Shown: positions 1 through 12,701, numbered from the whole stretch's first letter. The stretch is 63,968 nucleotides of DNA, filler included, from Craspedostauros australis (GCA_030167865.1; 5 parts of 5 records of this genome joined end to end with filler, not necessarily neighbours in it), one strand, 5' to 3'. Program-made: numbers and translations. Notes: generated by a model from the letters alone, not told the origin.

Positions 1-1
1 A

Positions 2-1030
2 CTGGATGTCAATGTTCGAAACAACGACGGCGACACTCCTATCCATCTTGCCTTACAGCACGCCTCCTGCCGTCTCTTGCTGTCAACATACGCAGACGCG
101 ATTGACTTCAACATCCAAAACAACAAGGGTGATACTCCTGTTCATATCGCATGCAGACGTAAGTGTGAAGATACCTTCCGTAAGTTGGTGGAAGCGTCCA
201 AGGGCAACATCGACTGGAACATCCGAAACAACGAAGGGAACGCCCCGCTCCATGTTGCTTGCGAACATTCGGGTTCTTACGCAGATATCGCTAGCGATAT
301 CGTTTATCTCAAGGAGTCACATGTCGACGTGAACATCCAAAACAACGATGGCGACACTCCGCTTCATATTGCGGTTCGGGGATATGGCGCCGGGATCGGG
401 CTTGTGCTCAGAGGAGGTCGAGACAGATTCGACTTCAACTTGCGGAACCACCAAGGTAAGACCCCGTTTCACATTGCCGTGAAGAAAATCGACCGGGAAG
501 ACTTCAGAGACTTTTTATCAGAGTCCTGTGGTGGGAACATCGACCCAAGCATACCATTCACCGACGATGATGCGCCGTTCCACAGAAAGAAATTTTGGAA
601 CAAGATCGATAACAGAGGACTCGAATCTCTGATGTACCAGAATCGGGCAAGCATTAACTTCAACGTGCAAAACAAGAAGGGAGACACGGCGCTTCATGTT
701 CTCTTGCGCATTTGCTACGAGACAAAAGTTGACGGAGTCATGGAACTGTTCCCAAGGACTGTCAGGGTGGACATTCAAAACGCCAACGGGGACACTGCCC
801 TTCATGCTGCTTGTGCGCGTGGAGACATTGGCATTGTCAGGGCTCTATCGAAATACAAACAAGATCACTGGGACTTCAACATCCAAAACAATGACGGCAA
901 CACGCCGCTGCACATTGCTTGCGCAAAGGGCTACGCCAACATTTCTGAATATTTGTTAGAACTGGACGGAGCTGACATCAAGATTGATCTGAAAAACAAC
1001 GATGGGGTCACTGCGCTTCACATGCCATGA
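2..1030 (+). CDS. Ankyrin repeat protein (5' partial; ends inside the last repeat)
   Basis: Open frame from position 2 (LDVNVRNNDGDTPIHLA). Repeated D(F/V)NIQNNDGxTPLHIAC ankyrin motifs. Stops at GVTALHMP*. Confidence 0.88.
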   Translation: MDVNVRNNDGDTPIHLALQHASCRLLLSTYADAIDFNIQNNKGDTPVHIACRRKCEDTFRKLVEASKGNIDWNIRNNEGNAPLHVACEHSGSYADIASDIVYLKESHVDVNIQNNDGDTPLHIAVRGYGAGIGLVLRGGRDRFDFNLRNHQGKTPFHIAVKKIDREDFRDFLSESCGGNIDPSIPFTDDDAPFHRKKFWNKIDNRGLESLMYQNRASINFNVQNKKGDTALHVLLRICYETKVDGVMELFPRTVRVDIQNANGDTALHAACARGDIGIVRALSKYKQDHWDFNIQNNDGNTPLHIACAKGYANISEYLLELDGADIKIDLKNNDGVTALHMP

Positions 1031-1108
1031 TGCCATGTTGAACTCAAGTCGTCCAAGTGCAGATAGACTACCACATTCTCCCAATACTCTTACTCGTACA
1101 AGCGTTTC

Positions 1109-3231
1109 TCACTTGCACGACCGGCTCGCACTCCGTTCATCTTCATCTTGCTGCTGCTTCTGTTCTTGGGAGAATACCTTCTCCATGGTGTCTGGCCAGT
1201 ATCAACCCCACCTGCTCTTGCGCGCGGACGCGTAGATGCCTGGCGCGTAGTCGTTCATGCTCTTCGTGACCCGACCACAGATGATGCGTCCCGGAGCAGC
1301 GCAGTAGTCAATGTACACATGACCGCGCTTCTTCAATGGCGCATGGACGATGCGGCCGAATGCCCCGCGGTTGTCGTCGCCGTGTAGCAGCTCCAATCCC
1401 AACTCGTCATCGTCCACCTCCACAAATTCCTCTTCCAAATCGATCGCCTGCTGATAGTACTTCTCCAACGTCGGGATGTGCTGATCTTTCGCGCCCCGGT
1501 GCAAGTTGGCAAGGATCTTGGTGGCATTCTCCATCTTGCTTTCGTGATGCTGGGCAGCATCATCATCATCATCATCATCATTGCCATGGCGCGCATTCGT
1601 TGCAGTCTTCGCGCCCTTGTTCGCCAGCCGCTTTTGGACCACCAAATAGGAAAACTTCTCGCCTTTTCGTTTGCGTCCCTTGCCAGGCATGGTTTGCACG
1701 AAGCTGCAAAATGAAGAATCGTACAATTCCGTTTCCGACATCAGTCCAGCAGAATTGGCCATCAGGTCAATGTAGTCGGCATCTTCGATTGCGCCTTGTT
1801 CCCTGTCATCATCGTCACTCTTGTCCGTACCATCGAAGAAATCATCATCCTTGTCATCATGGTCATAATCATCATCATCATAATCGTTGTCGTCACTTTC
1901 GAATCCATCCATACCATCGACGTCGTTGTCATCTTCGATCTCTTCGAAATCGTCACCGTCAAAAAAGTCTTGCTCGATATCTTTGCCACCCGNCAGCTGG
2001 ACGGACGATGGTCGCGAGGAATTCTTCTTGTGACGTTCCATGGGGCATTGTCCATTGTGCGTGCAGGGCGCGATGACGTTCCTCCCATTCGAAATCCGGA
2101 TCCTCCGGCGGACAGCAATCCAGAAGCATGTTGCGCGTGGCACGCAGAGTGTTGAATCCATCCGGCGTGCCAGGTTCGATGAAGACGACGATGCCGCCTG
2201 GATTGCATCGCTGGAACAGGATGGCGGCGGCGGTCAAATTGGCCGTGACGTGAGGTATCTCCGATGCCGTGTACGAGGCGAGGATGAGATCGAATCCGCC
2301 CGTGCTGGTGGACTCGGCAGAGAGGCTGCTNNNNNNNNNNNNNNNNNNNNNNNNNNNNNNNNNNNNNNNNNNNNNNNNNNNNNNNNNNNNNNNNNNNNNN
2401 NNNNNNNNNNNNNNNNNNNNNNNNNNNTCCGAGCATTCTCTCATGCTGTGCGATGGTTCTATGCCATGGATCCAATCGATAGAACCGCCAAAGACCTCCA
2501 GGGCCGCCGCCGATGCCGCGCCGCATCCAATTCCGAAATCCAGCACCCGCTGCGGTTTGCACTGCGTGAGGCTCTTGGCCTCTTGGAGCACCCTCTTGGC
2601 GATGGCGTAGTTGGAATCGAAGCGGAAGGTGAGGTCCGCGAGGGTTTGGTCCGGCCCATAATACACCGGCGGGAACTTGGCAGGATCAAGCTGGTGGTTG
2701 CTGGCACTGCTTTTGTCACCAGGATTGACCATGGCACGCCGGTCGCGTTCGCGGAAGACCGACAATCTGCGCTGCGTCTTGAGCACACGCTCGTAGTTGC
2801 GTCGCAGCTGGCGCTTTGTGCGCTGTCCATCCTTGAGAATGCCCAGCAATGGTGGATTCCAGATGTTCGGGCAGCTTGGGATCGGAGACCCTCCACGATG
2901 CTCTGGCCGACGGTCCGAGCAAGTTCCTCCACGTCTACGGAGCGGCAACGCCGGCGGAATTTGTGCGCGTGGCGGAAGCCTCTTCATCGGAAACCAAGGC
3001 ATCACCTCCACCTGCATCCGTCTTGTGCGGTGCCATCGTGCTCATGGAGTTGAGCGTGGATGTGTTCGACGGCAGCAACTGTGGTGTCATGCGCATGGTC
3101 GTAGTCCGACGGCAATGATGGCCCATTGAGAAGGAGCGTCGGCAGCATCGATGATGATGATGGACTCTCAGCCCCTCCCTTGCCACCGCTGCTTGCGCAG
3201 ATCTCGCCGCGCATCGTCGCATCCATGGCAT
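1109..3231 (-). pseudogene. RSM22: Mitoribosome small-subunit assembly factor Rsm22/METTL17-like, disrupted
   Basis: Motifs VLDFGIGCG, IEPGTPDGF, IAPCTHNGQCPM, CSF, EKFSYLV, PLKKRGHVYIDYC and ARKSRWG-x-YWP, plus an Arg-rich mitochondrial-type leader. Lesions: TAG 2935-2937, frameshift ~2843, frameshift ~2078, TGA 1202-1204. N gap at 2331-2427. Confidence 0.82.
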
Positions 3232-3805
3232 CGATCGTATCGTCCTGTCGACAGAATGAGCACTGAACGCGTTGCTGCCACTTCGAATCATCACCATTGG
3301 GTTATTTGTCGTGGTTGGAGTTGTTGGCGACGATCTTTTCTTGCCACTGGGGTGTGGGAAATTGGAACAGAATTCCAACAAATGCCTCCAAACCTTCACC
3401 ACAAATCTTGAGTCTGGTGAGTCCAGTACGAATTTCTGTGTGAAAGCTACAACCAGTGACGTCACCAAACACGCATTGGTTCTAGAAACTCTAGTGTGAA
3501 GAGCATTACCGATACTCCCGGGATCATCCAAACACGAGTCAATCTGACCAGGAAAACAGCAACAGGTCTACAACTGGTGCTATCGGTTTCCAGCATGAGT
3601 GTGGTGAATGGTATGGCATCATGCACAACATTTGGTATATTATCTATTCATACATTCGCAACACCCCCACGTCCTTCGAGTTGTATTACAATCGTATCTC
3701 ATCTGCTCCAGCAGGCTCCGTTTCATTCTCAATTCCGTCCTCTCCTCACGTTTCCTCTGCACGTGCCTCACGCTTTGGGACCTGTCTCATTCATTCGACG
3801 CACCT

Positions 3806-5656
3806 CTACTCCACCTTGGTGGTTTTGCCATCAGCGGTATTTGGCGCGGCATCCAAGACGTTGTTGGACCAAAAGTCGGATCCAGCACGGAACAAGTCGG
3901 GGCACGATTTCATGGAACGACGTTGTGGATGATGGGGCGCTCCTTTTGCGGCTGACGCATCACATAGCTTCATGGACGTTCCCTTTGCCAAGGCTCCCGC
4001 CAACGCGCTCGCCAAGAATTGGGCCTGCAACGACTCTTGCAACGATCGTGCCTCGGAAGAGTTCAATGTGGATTCGGGAGAGCTGTCGGGGGAGATGGAG
4101 GCAAGGCCAGGCACATCGTCTCCTTCGTCGTTAGTGATCTTGTTGACAGGGATATGCTTGATTGCATCCGTTTCGGCTACAGACGACGTCACCACAGGCG
4201 CTGTTGTATTCGTCTCCGCCGCGACGACTGCGGACGAGGTCTTGTCGATCGGATGGCTCCAGGCGACCACCACCTTGCGTCCCTTGTCGTAGGTTGGTTG
4301 CCGTCCATGGCTGGTGGAGAAGTTGTCGATGCACAAGATATCGCCCTTCCTCCAGCGTGAGAAGACCATGTTCTTGTGAATCGCCGCGCGGACCTCGTTC
4401 ATCTCGGCAAATGAGATCGGTTCGTCGTCACCGAACGTGGTGTTCAGCGCCATGGTGTATCCCAAGAGTCCGTACTTGATGACGCAGTAGATGGAGAGGA
4501 AGATGAAGTGCACCAGCAAATGCCAGTCGCCGACTCGAACGAAGGCGTACCATAGCTCGCAAGGGAAGGTGGTCCAATGGAAGACCTGGGAATGGTTGAA
4601 CCAGACGTCTTCTCCTGTGTCTGGGTGGACTTGGAAGGGTTCGTCAACCCATTCTTGCAGGAAGGTGTCCTCGTTGGGACCGATCCATTTCACTGGTGCG
4701 GCTTCTTCTTCCTTCACAATGGTCTCAACGTCTTGCTTGGAGGTGGTGCCGAACAACTGTGGCCAGCTGAGCATGGCACCGACGTCGTAGGTGAAAGACT
4801 CGCCTTCAACGTAGTGCTTGCGGGTGTACTTGATCTTCTTTGTCCGAAGCTGCGGATGTCAGTAGGATTTGGGCGGTCGACACGGGACCAGTCCATCGAT
4901 GTTTCGATACAGTGCGGGGCAAAAAGAAGGTGCACAAAACGAAGGGCTCGAAAGGTGAGTATCGCAAATGAATCGAGAGGGGCTGTTCATGCGCATCGTG
5001 TCGGGTCGCCGTGCTTGCCAGCAACGCGTGAATGGTCACCTGGATGAGATGTGACATACCTTCTCTCTCAATTGCGGCGACAGGGCCTGGAACACCTTCC
5101 GGAAGTCGCAGAGGGACGTCTCCCCGCCTGGTTTGGAGGATGCCTTCATGCATCCAAAGTACAGGTTGCGCGGAGGTGACTTGAGGAAGCTCATCTCGAG
5201 ATGCTGTGCGATAGGGTAGGTGACGGGTACATCCGCGGCCGAAAAGGCGTACTTCGTGCCCGGCATCACAGACCGGGGCGACGTCCCACGGTAGGCATCA
5301 CAGAGGTTGGGCTGGACGGCCAGAACTGCGTTCTCAAATGCCACGGCGTCGTCGATGTCGAATCCGCGGATGAGGACGGCCCCGTACTTGATGATTTGTT
5401 CGTTGACCCAGGCGTTGTTGGTTTCCAAGAAGCGGTGCAGAAAGTCGATGGAGCTATCCCAACGCGGGGAGATCACAAGGGGGAGGGTCTTTGAGGAGTG
5501 CTGCTGAGGTGGGTGATCTCCCGTGCTTGGATTGTTCAGCGTTGATGCTGGTGCTGGCGCTGGCGACGCAACTGCGCTGCAGGTGTCGTTGAGGAAGGAC
5601 ACGTTGACTTGGTCAAGTCCGCATGGACGCTGGTTCTCGATGGTTGAAGTGGTCAT
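3806..5656 (-). CDS. TauD/TfdA-family Fe(II)/2-oxoglutarate dioxygenase (SyrP-like), 2 exons (5656-5060, 4849-3806), 546 aa
   Basis: YGAVLIRGF, GTSPR, IAQHLEMSF (HxE), GGETSLCD, HPDTGEDVWFN and WRKGDILCIDN..SHGR. GTATGT...CTGAC...CAG intron at 5059-4850 restores the frame. Confidence 0.88.
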
Positions 5657-7639
5657 GGTGGTGATCTGGTTATGGCAGATAGATGAGTTGATGCAAGGAT
5701 CGATGGTGGATGGGTAAGCGGGGCGGTTGTGCCTGTTGAGGCTTGGAGAGGGGGTTTGGGAGTTTATGAGACAGGAGAGAAACGGAACGCTGGAGGTTGA
5801 TCGTCGTTCGTCCAGCAGCGGTTGGGGTTGTTCGGGATAGAGGTCGAGGTGGGGCACGCTGGATGTTATAGCTACGTATGGTGCTAATGCGACTATGCTG
5901 ATGCGTTTGTTGATGGGCGAGCAAAGGTTATGGTTATGGACGAGTATTGGTGTTGTGTGGGGTCGCACGAGAGCGTGGGATCGTATCCGCCTGTAAGTAC
6001 TGTAGTTCTGAATTCCTCTGAGAAGTTCTGTTGACACGACAGTGTTGAGGAATTAACTGCGTTTGTGGAAGGAATCGTGGGTAAGAGAAGAACGCGCTGC
6101 TGGAGACGCAGAAGAATGCATTTTATGAGAAACAAATGTCCACATCACCATCTCTTCGCCTTTCAACGAGGTGGTGTCACCTCACTTTTGCTCTCGTTGT
6201 CATTGTTGATGGCCACCATCAGAAGGAGCACATCAGCGCAATCGTGCCCTCCGAGTTTGCTGTGTGAGTAGCAGGTCGCATGGTGGAGGGCGAACGGGCA
6301 ATACATACAATTGTTCGAGGAACAGAGTTGAGGAACGTGGGTGGAGACAAAGACTCATAGTACTTGCGGAGCTGAGGAACAGAACCAGCTAGGATGTGTC
6401 GCAAGAACACGACAAGAAGAGGAAGACCAACAAACAGTTCTTCGTTCTCGAATGAGAAAAGGTATCTTTTCCATCATGGCACATCACTGCGCGTTAATTG
6501 CATTGCTTGAGGTTCGCCCACACTGACGAGTTCATCGTGGTTCATGCTGATTGAGTGGTGTGATCTGTGTCAACGACAATGCCCTCCCACATCGATGAGG
6601 TTGATGGACGTGTTCGATTTCAATTCCTTCATCTTTTGATGTTCAGGGCTCTCTTTGCTCCCTTGCTGTTGGTGCTCGTGTTGCGGATGTCGATGTCGAT
6701 GTCGACGTTGTTGATGTGATGTGATGGCGATGTTGATGCGAGTCACATCTACGGTACGAGCGCGATACACTCACACACTTCTTGGTGTTGTCCATCTCTC
6801 TTGCATCCTCTTCACCGACTTCTTGACACCACGCTGCGTCACCTCACAAGTTCGCAAGGTATCAACACAAGCACGAACACAAGGAAGAACACCACCACAT
6901 TCAAGACCACGATTAGAATACAGGTCATCCGTGAACTGACACCGCGCCTGTTGACACGATACAACAAAACCCGTGTGATGCCGTGTCTCTTTTTCCACTT
7001 TGTTGATGCCGCAACTCACACGTCTCACACATCTCGCACAGCTCACCACCACATCAACACATCAACGACACATCAACAACGACACGAACGATGACGCACA
7101 GCGTTGAGAGCAACCTTCGCGTGTGCACAACGACAAGTTCTTTCGACGTTCCCGCAACAACGAAAGCAGTTTGCATTTGTGCAAAGAAGAACTCCATCTT
7201 GTGACGTCTGGTGTGACATCATCGTTCTCTTGCTCAATTGACATTCAAAAGTGCTCGTTTAGTTCCTTTCAATAGTTTTGATCGAAGTGGTCGCAAAATC
7301 CGAAATAAAGTTTGACCGTTACGGTTCAAAATTGGAAAACGGACTGCCGTTTGTTTCTACCCTTGTCTCAAGGATGGCCGAGAAATTTGTGCCTCTGTGG
7401 TGTTCCTGATGGTTGTGTTGATGTTGCTGGTGATGCTCGTGGATGTCGTAGAATAGTCGTTGCATTCATGATAGAGACAACCAAGACAGAAAGGCAATAC
7501 CTACTACTGATGCGAAGTGGGAGATCGAGGAACGACGGATTCAACAACCACCCGAGCAACCAGACAACAGGCAAGCAACAAGCAACATCAACGGAAGCGT
7601 GAACTCCATGGCCAATGCTCACGAACTCAGTGCCTGACC

Positions 7640-9916
7640 ATGACGAGCCCAAGCCCATACCGCCGTCCAACGCATCAACGAGGCACCCCGACAACATCAA
7701 CGGCGTACTCATCAACGGGCTACAGATCGCCGTCGCCCGACATCATGGCGAAACGCCCCAAGAAGCCTGCCTCGCCAGCAGAAGAATGGAGAGAAGTTGC
7801 CAGGCAATGTCACGACCGAGGCATCGACGAATGCTACATCCATGAGGACCACACAGAAGCCGTGACGAATCTGCGACGGGCCATCATGATCCGCGAATCG
7901 GTCGTCGACAAGTATCACAACGACACAGCGATATCATACTTTCGGTTGGCGTGCGTGCTGCGCGAGTATGCCGATACGATCCATCGTCGGCGATCGGAAG
8001 AAGACGACCAGCAGCAGCAGCAGCAGCGCAAACCGTTCGATAGATTGCAATCCAAGACGGTGCTGAAGGCGGCTCTGGTTGCAGCACGTCGCGAGATGCG
8101 CATATCGTCTCATATCTTCTTCGTCGGGTACGTCGCGGCGCGTTCGTCTGAATCGTCATCCTCCAACGACGAAGAGGACACGATATTCTCCATGATGTCG
8201 AGCAGAGCGCCGTCGCCGAATCGATACGGTGATGCGAAGGGGAATCGCAACAACGACTACGGTCTCGATGACATCAATGATGACGACGAGAATGATGACT
8301 ACTTTAACGACCGCGACGGCGTCGACGAGGACAATGACAATGATGATGGTGACGAGGTTGATGGGCGTCATCTCGTCCCACGAAGACAGGACAAGGGCGA
8401 CGAACCGTTGGACGCGGAGTTGATGCAACGGTTTCACAAGAGGGAGGTGGATGACGACTGGTTGATCGGGAGGATACAATGGATGCACCGTGTGCTGGAG
8501 GATCTGGAGGTGGTGGACCCTATGTTGCTGACGCATTACAAGAAACATCTGCGCATCCAACGGTTCGGCACTGCACACGAACGTGAGCAGGATTGGTACT
8601 GCGAAAAGCTGCTGCAATCCATCGAGTACGAACGGCTGGGGGACAAGCACTTTTCGTACAACGAGGCTGCACTGGCGCTTTCGCAGTACAACTGCGCATT
8701 GACTATTGAAACCACGGCGTATGCGCGCAACGTGTTGGATCAGGCCGATCTGCACTACAAGATGGGCGAGTGCTTGACGTTGCTGCAGGATTACGAAAGT
8801 GCAATTGAAGAGTACGGCAAGGTGGTGGACATGTACCAATTCGAATACAGCATTCACAGGGAGGGCAACCCGTACGACGAATACAAGGAAGATGTGACGG
8901 CATTGGCGTTCCGAGGCAAGGAGCAGCGACACAGCCCGACGAAGGGCTGGCCGCCTCCACAGATACGTCAAGCTCACGCGTCCAAGTGCTGGCCACCGAT
9001 CCTGGTGCATCATGGCGTCGTGGCAAAGTGTCTGAGCAAGATGGGCAGCCTGCATCTGAAGCTGGAGCAGTTCGATTCGGCGTTGGAGACCTTCTCGAAG
9101 TCCTGCACGTTGTGGCAGACGTTGGTGGGAACGGATCACGAGCACTACAAGGAATCCTTGCAGGATATTCGGTTGGTGACAGTGAAGGAGATGGAGTACC
9201 TGCGCCGACGCGAGGCACAGCGCAAGAAGAAACTGAGGAAGAGCCATGGCCAAGTTAAGGCAACCCCGAATCGACCATCGATGGCATCGCCGCCTACGAA
9301 ATCGGTGATGATCCGTTCGCCACCATCGCGTCGTGAAACGTCGCTGTCGTCAAGGTCAAGGGAATCGACATTCGACAGCGCCATGGACTTCTCACTGGGA
9401 TCGAAGACCGGGAATCAGGCTGCGGCAAGTCCAGCACGCACGAAGCAGTCGCCATCCTCAGCGATACCGTCACCATCCACGCAGCGGCGCCCGAACAATC
9501 GATCGCAACATTCGTACCGTTCGCCACCACCGCCGCAGCCACAGTACAGCAGGAGCACGCCGCAACAACAAGAGAGGAATAGCAGCTACGAGCCGCTGCA
9601 ATTCCCCAAGAGCATGACGCGACCACCGCCGCCGAAGATTCCGCCCGAGAAGGAATCCATCCGTTTCGGTTCGAAGCTGACGCACGTGCTGAAATCGGAC
9701 AGCAGCTCGGACGGGTACCTGAAGTGGATGGAATCGAGGAATCCGCCAGATACGGGGAGGGGGATGGCATCGCGTCGTGAAGGCAGCCGGTTGCCGCGCG
9801 TCGCCATGTTGGGGCAAAGAAAGGGTAGCGCTTACGCTGCGCCGAAGACGATCCACAGCACGGGCGGACAACGGTCCATCATTTCGTCGTCGTCGGCATC
9901 ATCCTCGCGGTGGTGA
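7640..9916 (+). CDS. TPR-containing protein with an acidic insert and Ser/Pro/Arg-rich tail
   Basis: Long ORF with kinesin-light-chain-like TPR helices (e.g. ADLHYKMGECLTLLQDYESAIEEY, AKCLSKMGSLHLKLEQFDSALETF). Start could be 7640 or 7745. Confidence 0.75.
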   Translation: MTSPSPYRRPTHQRGTPTTSTAYSSTGYRSPSPDIMAKRPKKPASPAEEWREVARQCHDRGIDECYIHEDHTEAVTNLRRAIMIRESVVDKYHNDTAISYFRLACVLREYADTIHRRRSEEDDQQQQQQRKPFDRLQSKTVLKAALVAARREMRISSHIFFVGYVAARSSESSSSNDEEDTIFSMMSSRAPSPNRYGDAKGNRNNDYGLDDINDDDENDDYFNDRDGVDEDNDNDDGDEVDGRHLVPRRQDKGDEPLDAELMQRFHKREVDDDWLIGRIQWMHRVLEDLEVVDPMLLTHYKKHLRIQRFGTAHEREQDWYCEKLLQSIEYERLGDKHFSYNEAALALSQYNCALTIETTAYARNVLDQADLHYKMGECLTLLQDYESAIEEYGKVVDMYQFEYSIHREGNPYDEYKEDVTALAFRGKEQRHSPTKGWPPPQIRQAHASKCWPPILVHHGVVAKCLSKMGSLHLKLEQFDSALETFSKSCTLWQTLVGTDHEHYKESLQDIRLVTVKEMEYLRRREAQRKKKLRKSHGQVKATPNRPSMASPPTKSVMIRSPPSRRETSLSSRSRESTFDSAMDFSLGSKTGNQAAASPARTKQSPSSAIPSPSTQRRPNNRSQHSYRSPPPPQPQYSRSTPQQQERNSSYEPLQFPKSMTRPPPPKIPPEKESIRFGSKLTHVLKSDSSSDGYLKWMESRNPPDTGRGMASRREGSRLPRVAMLGQRKGSAYAAPKTIHSTGGQRSIISSSSASSSRW

Positions 9917-10128
9917 GAAGAGTGCGCTGTCCGATCCAATGCGATGTATAGTAGTTTTATGTAATGTATTCCTCTACAAAAATTATTCAATATTCCACCA
10001 CGCTGTGGACAGTTGTGTGTTGTGCAAGTATTCGTGCATCACATCCATGATTATGCATACAATCAAATAGTCAGTCAGTCAGTCATTTATTCCCCTAGGT
10101 TGCAGTACAAGTACCAGCAAGCAATGCT

Positions 10129-11614
10129 CTACTCGATTGGTTTCTTCAAGGCCATGCTGGGAACGAATTTGTACAGCGGCGGTGGAGTTGGAATTTTGGA
10201 TCGCACGTAACTGATGGACCCCGCAACAGCGGCCCATCGGCTCGAGATGGCATTGCTGACGCCGTCAATGACGGTATGGTACTGCTGCGGGATGATGGAA
10301 TCGCGGTAGAGGACGAAGTAGATAGTGGCGCTCACGAGCAGCGCGGTGAAGACGGCGAGCATGATCTTCTGCAGGTTGGAGGGCGGCATCTTTTTGGTGA
10401 CGGGCGCCGTGGTGTTGTCATTCTCCAGCGTGGCGTCGCTGTGATCGCCGTCGGTGACTTCGATGCTGAGATCGCGGCTGGTCTTGGAGGATCGTTTGGT
10501 GCGGCCCGCCACCCATCCTTCGATCTCGATGTTGTTGGCGGTGAGCTGTTGTGAAATTCGCGGAGAATAATCCATTGTGTGGTCGCGTCGAGTGCAATAG
10601 AGAAAAGGTGAGTTGGTCAATTGAGGTTGGTTCATGGAGTTGGTCAATTGAGGTTGACAGAAGAGGGTAGAGCAAATAGAACAACCAGAGCAACTCGGCA
10701 GGCAGCAATTTCTGGACTGTGCATAATCCACGATCAATGTGCAAAGCAAGCATCGAACCGCACGACGAGTATTGCATATGTTGTGCGCGTCTGTGCAATA
10801 TTGTACGTACCATGTTGCAGACCTTGGAATCATTGATGATGGGCCTCGCCAGACGCACGGCGTCAGTCCCATGAACATTCTGCGGCACGCCAACCAGGAT
10901 GGTCTTGATACCGGTCTCCACGATGGTCGCGAGACGAGTCTTGGCATCAAAGACCTTTCCGGAGGCATCGACGACGCCGTGGTAGTTGGTGATCTGTATG
11001 GACTTCTCCGTGACCGACTTGGGGATCTGCGCGAGCGTGTCGCTGACCTTGGCCTTGTCCGAGTCGTACTCGAGCTGCAGCAGTTCGAAGCGTCGCGTCT
11101 TGGGGTCGATGAGCAGCAGGACGATGTGCAGGAGGGCGTTGCCGCTGCCGGTCGCCTTCTTCTTGGGCTTGCGCTTGGCAGCGGCGGCAGCGGCCACGCC
11201 GTTGTTGTAGATCTCCTCCTCCTCCTCGTCCACCTCCTGCAGGTCCTCGAGCACCTCCTCCGGGATCTTGAGCATGTCCCTGCGCTTCATCTCGTTGGAG
11301 GGGTACTGCTCCTTGGCGCCCTGCGGACTGGGCTTGCCGTTGGCGCCATTGGCCGTGCCGTCCGCGGCGGCCTTGTTCTTCTTCTTGCGCGAGAACCTCC
11401 TCTTCTTGGTGGATTCGGAGGCGACGGAGCTGCTGGACGTCTTGCTCCTGCCCTTGAAGAAGCGCTTCACGCGGCCGAACCGCTTCTTGCGGACGCTGCT
11501 GCTGGTGGAGACATCGTCGGAGACGACGCTGCTGTCGATGCTGGTGTCATCGTTGCCGCCCTTCTTCTTTTTGCGTTTGAACAGCCCGCGCTTCTGTGTT
11601 GCTGGGTCTCCCAT
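10129..11614 (-). CDS. Hypothetical membrane-anchored protein, 2 exons (11614-10811, 10545-10129), 406 aa
   Basis: Lys-rich N-terminus, globular LLLIDPKTRRFELLQLEYD domain and a C-terminal TM helix (IMLAVFTALLVSATIYFVLY). GTACGT...AACAG intron at 10810-10546 joins the frames. Confidence 0.78.
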
Positions 11615-12701
11615 CGTTGTTGTTTTTGTTGTGTGGTTGTTTGAATGTGTGGTTGTTTGAATGTGTGGTTGTGGTTGTGTTGTCTCAATGGAGTGGTTGC
11701 GTTGTCTGAATGTGGTGGCTGAGGGGATGATGTTCTCAATTGTGACCGTGGCAGCCGCTGATCGGATTTTGGGGGCGCAGAGGCAAGTGTTGTTCGGCTC
11801 TCTCGCTTTTTGACGCTCGTTGTTCTTTCCTCGTCCGTCTTTCACCACGACTCGATACGGTGTTGAACAAGCACACAACCAACGCGAAGACTGTCAGCGA
11901 TGACTTCTTCGGACGAGATGTTTACGCTGATGCTGCACTTGTGATGCGGATCTCTGTCTCGTCTTCTGGTTGTGTGGGCGGGCGTGTGTTTGTCTGAACT
12001 TTGTGCGCCTGCATCCAGATACGGGTTCGAGCACGAGTACGTGGTAGCTACAGGCCGTAACAAAGGGAGAAACGCGAAGACAAAGCACGAGCAGCGAAGG
12101 GCATCGAGAACAAAGAAATGAATCCGAGCGAAACAAGAACACAACCTGGATCAGTCCTCGTTCCTTGTGATGGCAATTTCGGAGGCAGGCAGAAGAGAAT
12201 CTTCGCAAGTGTCGTGTCTTCCTCGTTTTGACCCTATTCGTGTTCGCAATAGTTGGATGCATGTATTTGCGTCTCCGCGCCCACAACCTTCGCCGAGTGG
12301 ATACGGAATCTGTCACTGCCACCATCATAATCATAATCATCGACGTCGACCATCATCATCATCATCATCATCAGCGACAGCACGCACACTTGCACGAACC
12401 TGTGTCTCCTCCTCCTTCGCTCTTTGTATTTCAATCTCCCATTCCCTTTGCACATCCAACGAACCAAAACGGCGGCGGGCTCCTTTCCGCAACTCTCCCA
12501 ACACAGCCAACGACAAGAAAGCAGCAACGATGGCGCTCACATCGCAACGCAACGCACCACACCACCAATCACGTAGCCACTCTGCCACGCACCAACAAAG
12601 CCGCTGACGGATTGTTTTGCCCCTATTCATTGGTCTTGCTTCCTTTGTGGTGTCGCGTTGTTCCGCTCCTTTTGTTCAGCAAACACAAATGCCGATTTTA
12701 T

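Noticed and set aside
1202..1204. In-frame TGA as selenocysteine, readthrough or an alternative genetic code
   Set aside because: The position corresponds to Gly/Asp rather than Cys, I saw no SECIS-like element downstream, the gene has three other lesions, and TGA ends ordinary genes in this window.
10610..10656. Direct repeat GAGTTGGTCAATTGAGGTTG x2
   Set aside because: Only two copies, 27 bp apart, inside an intron. This is a simple slippage duplication.
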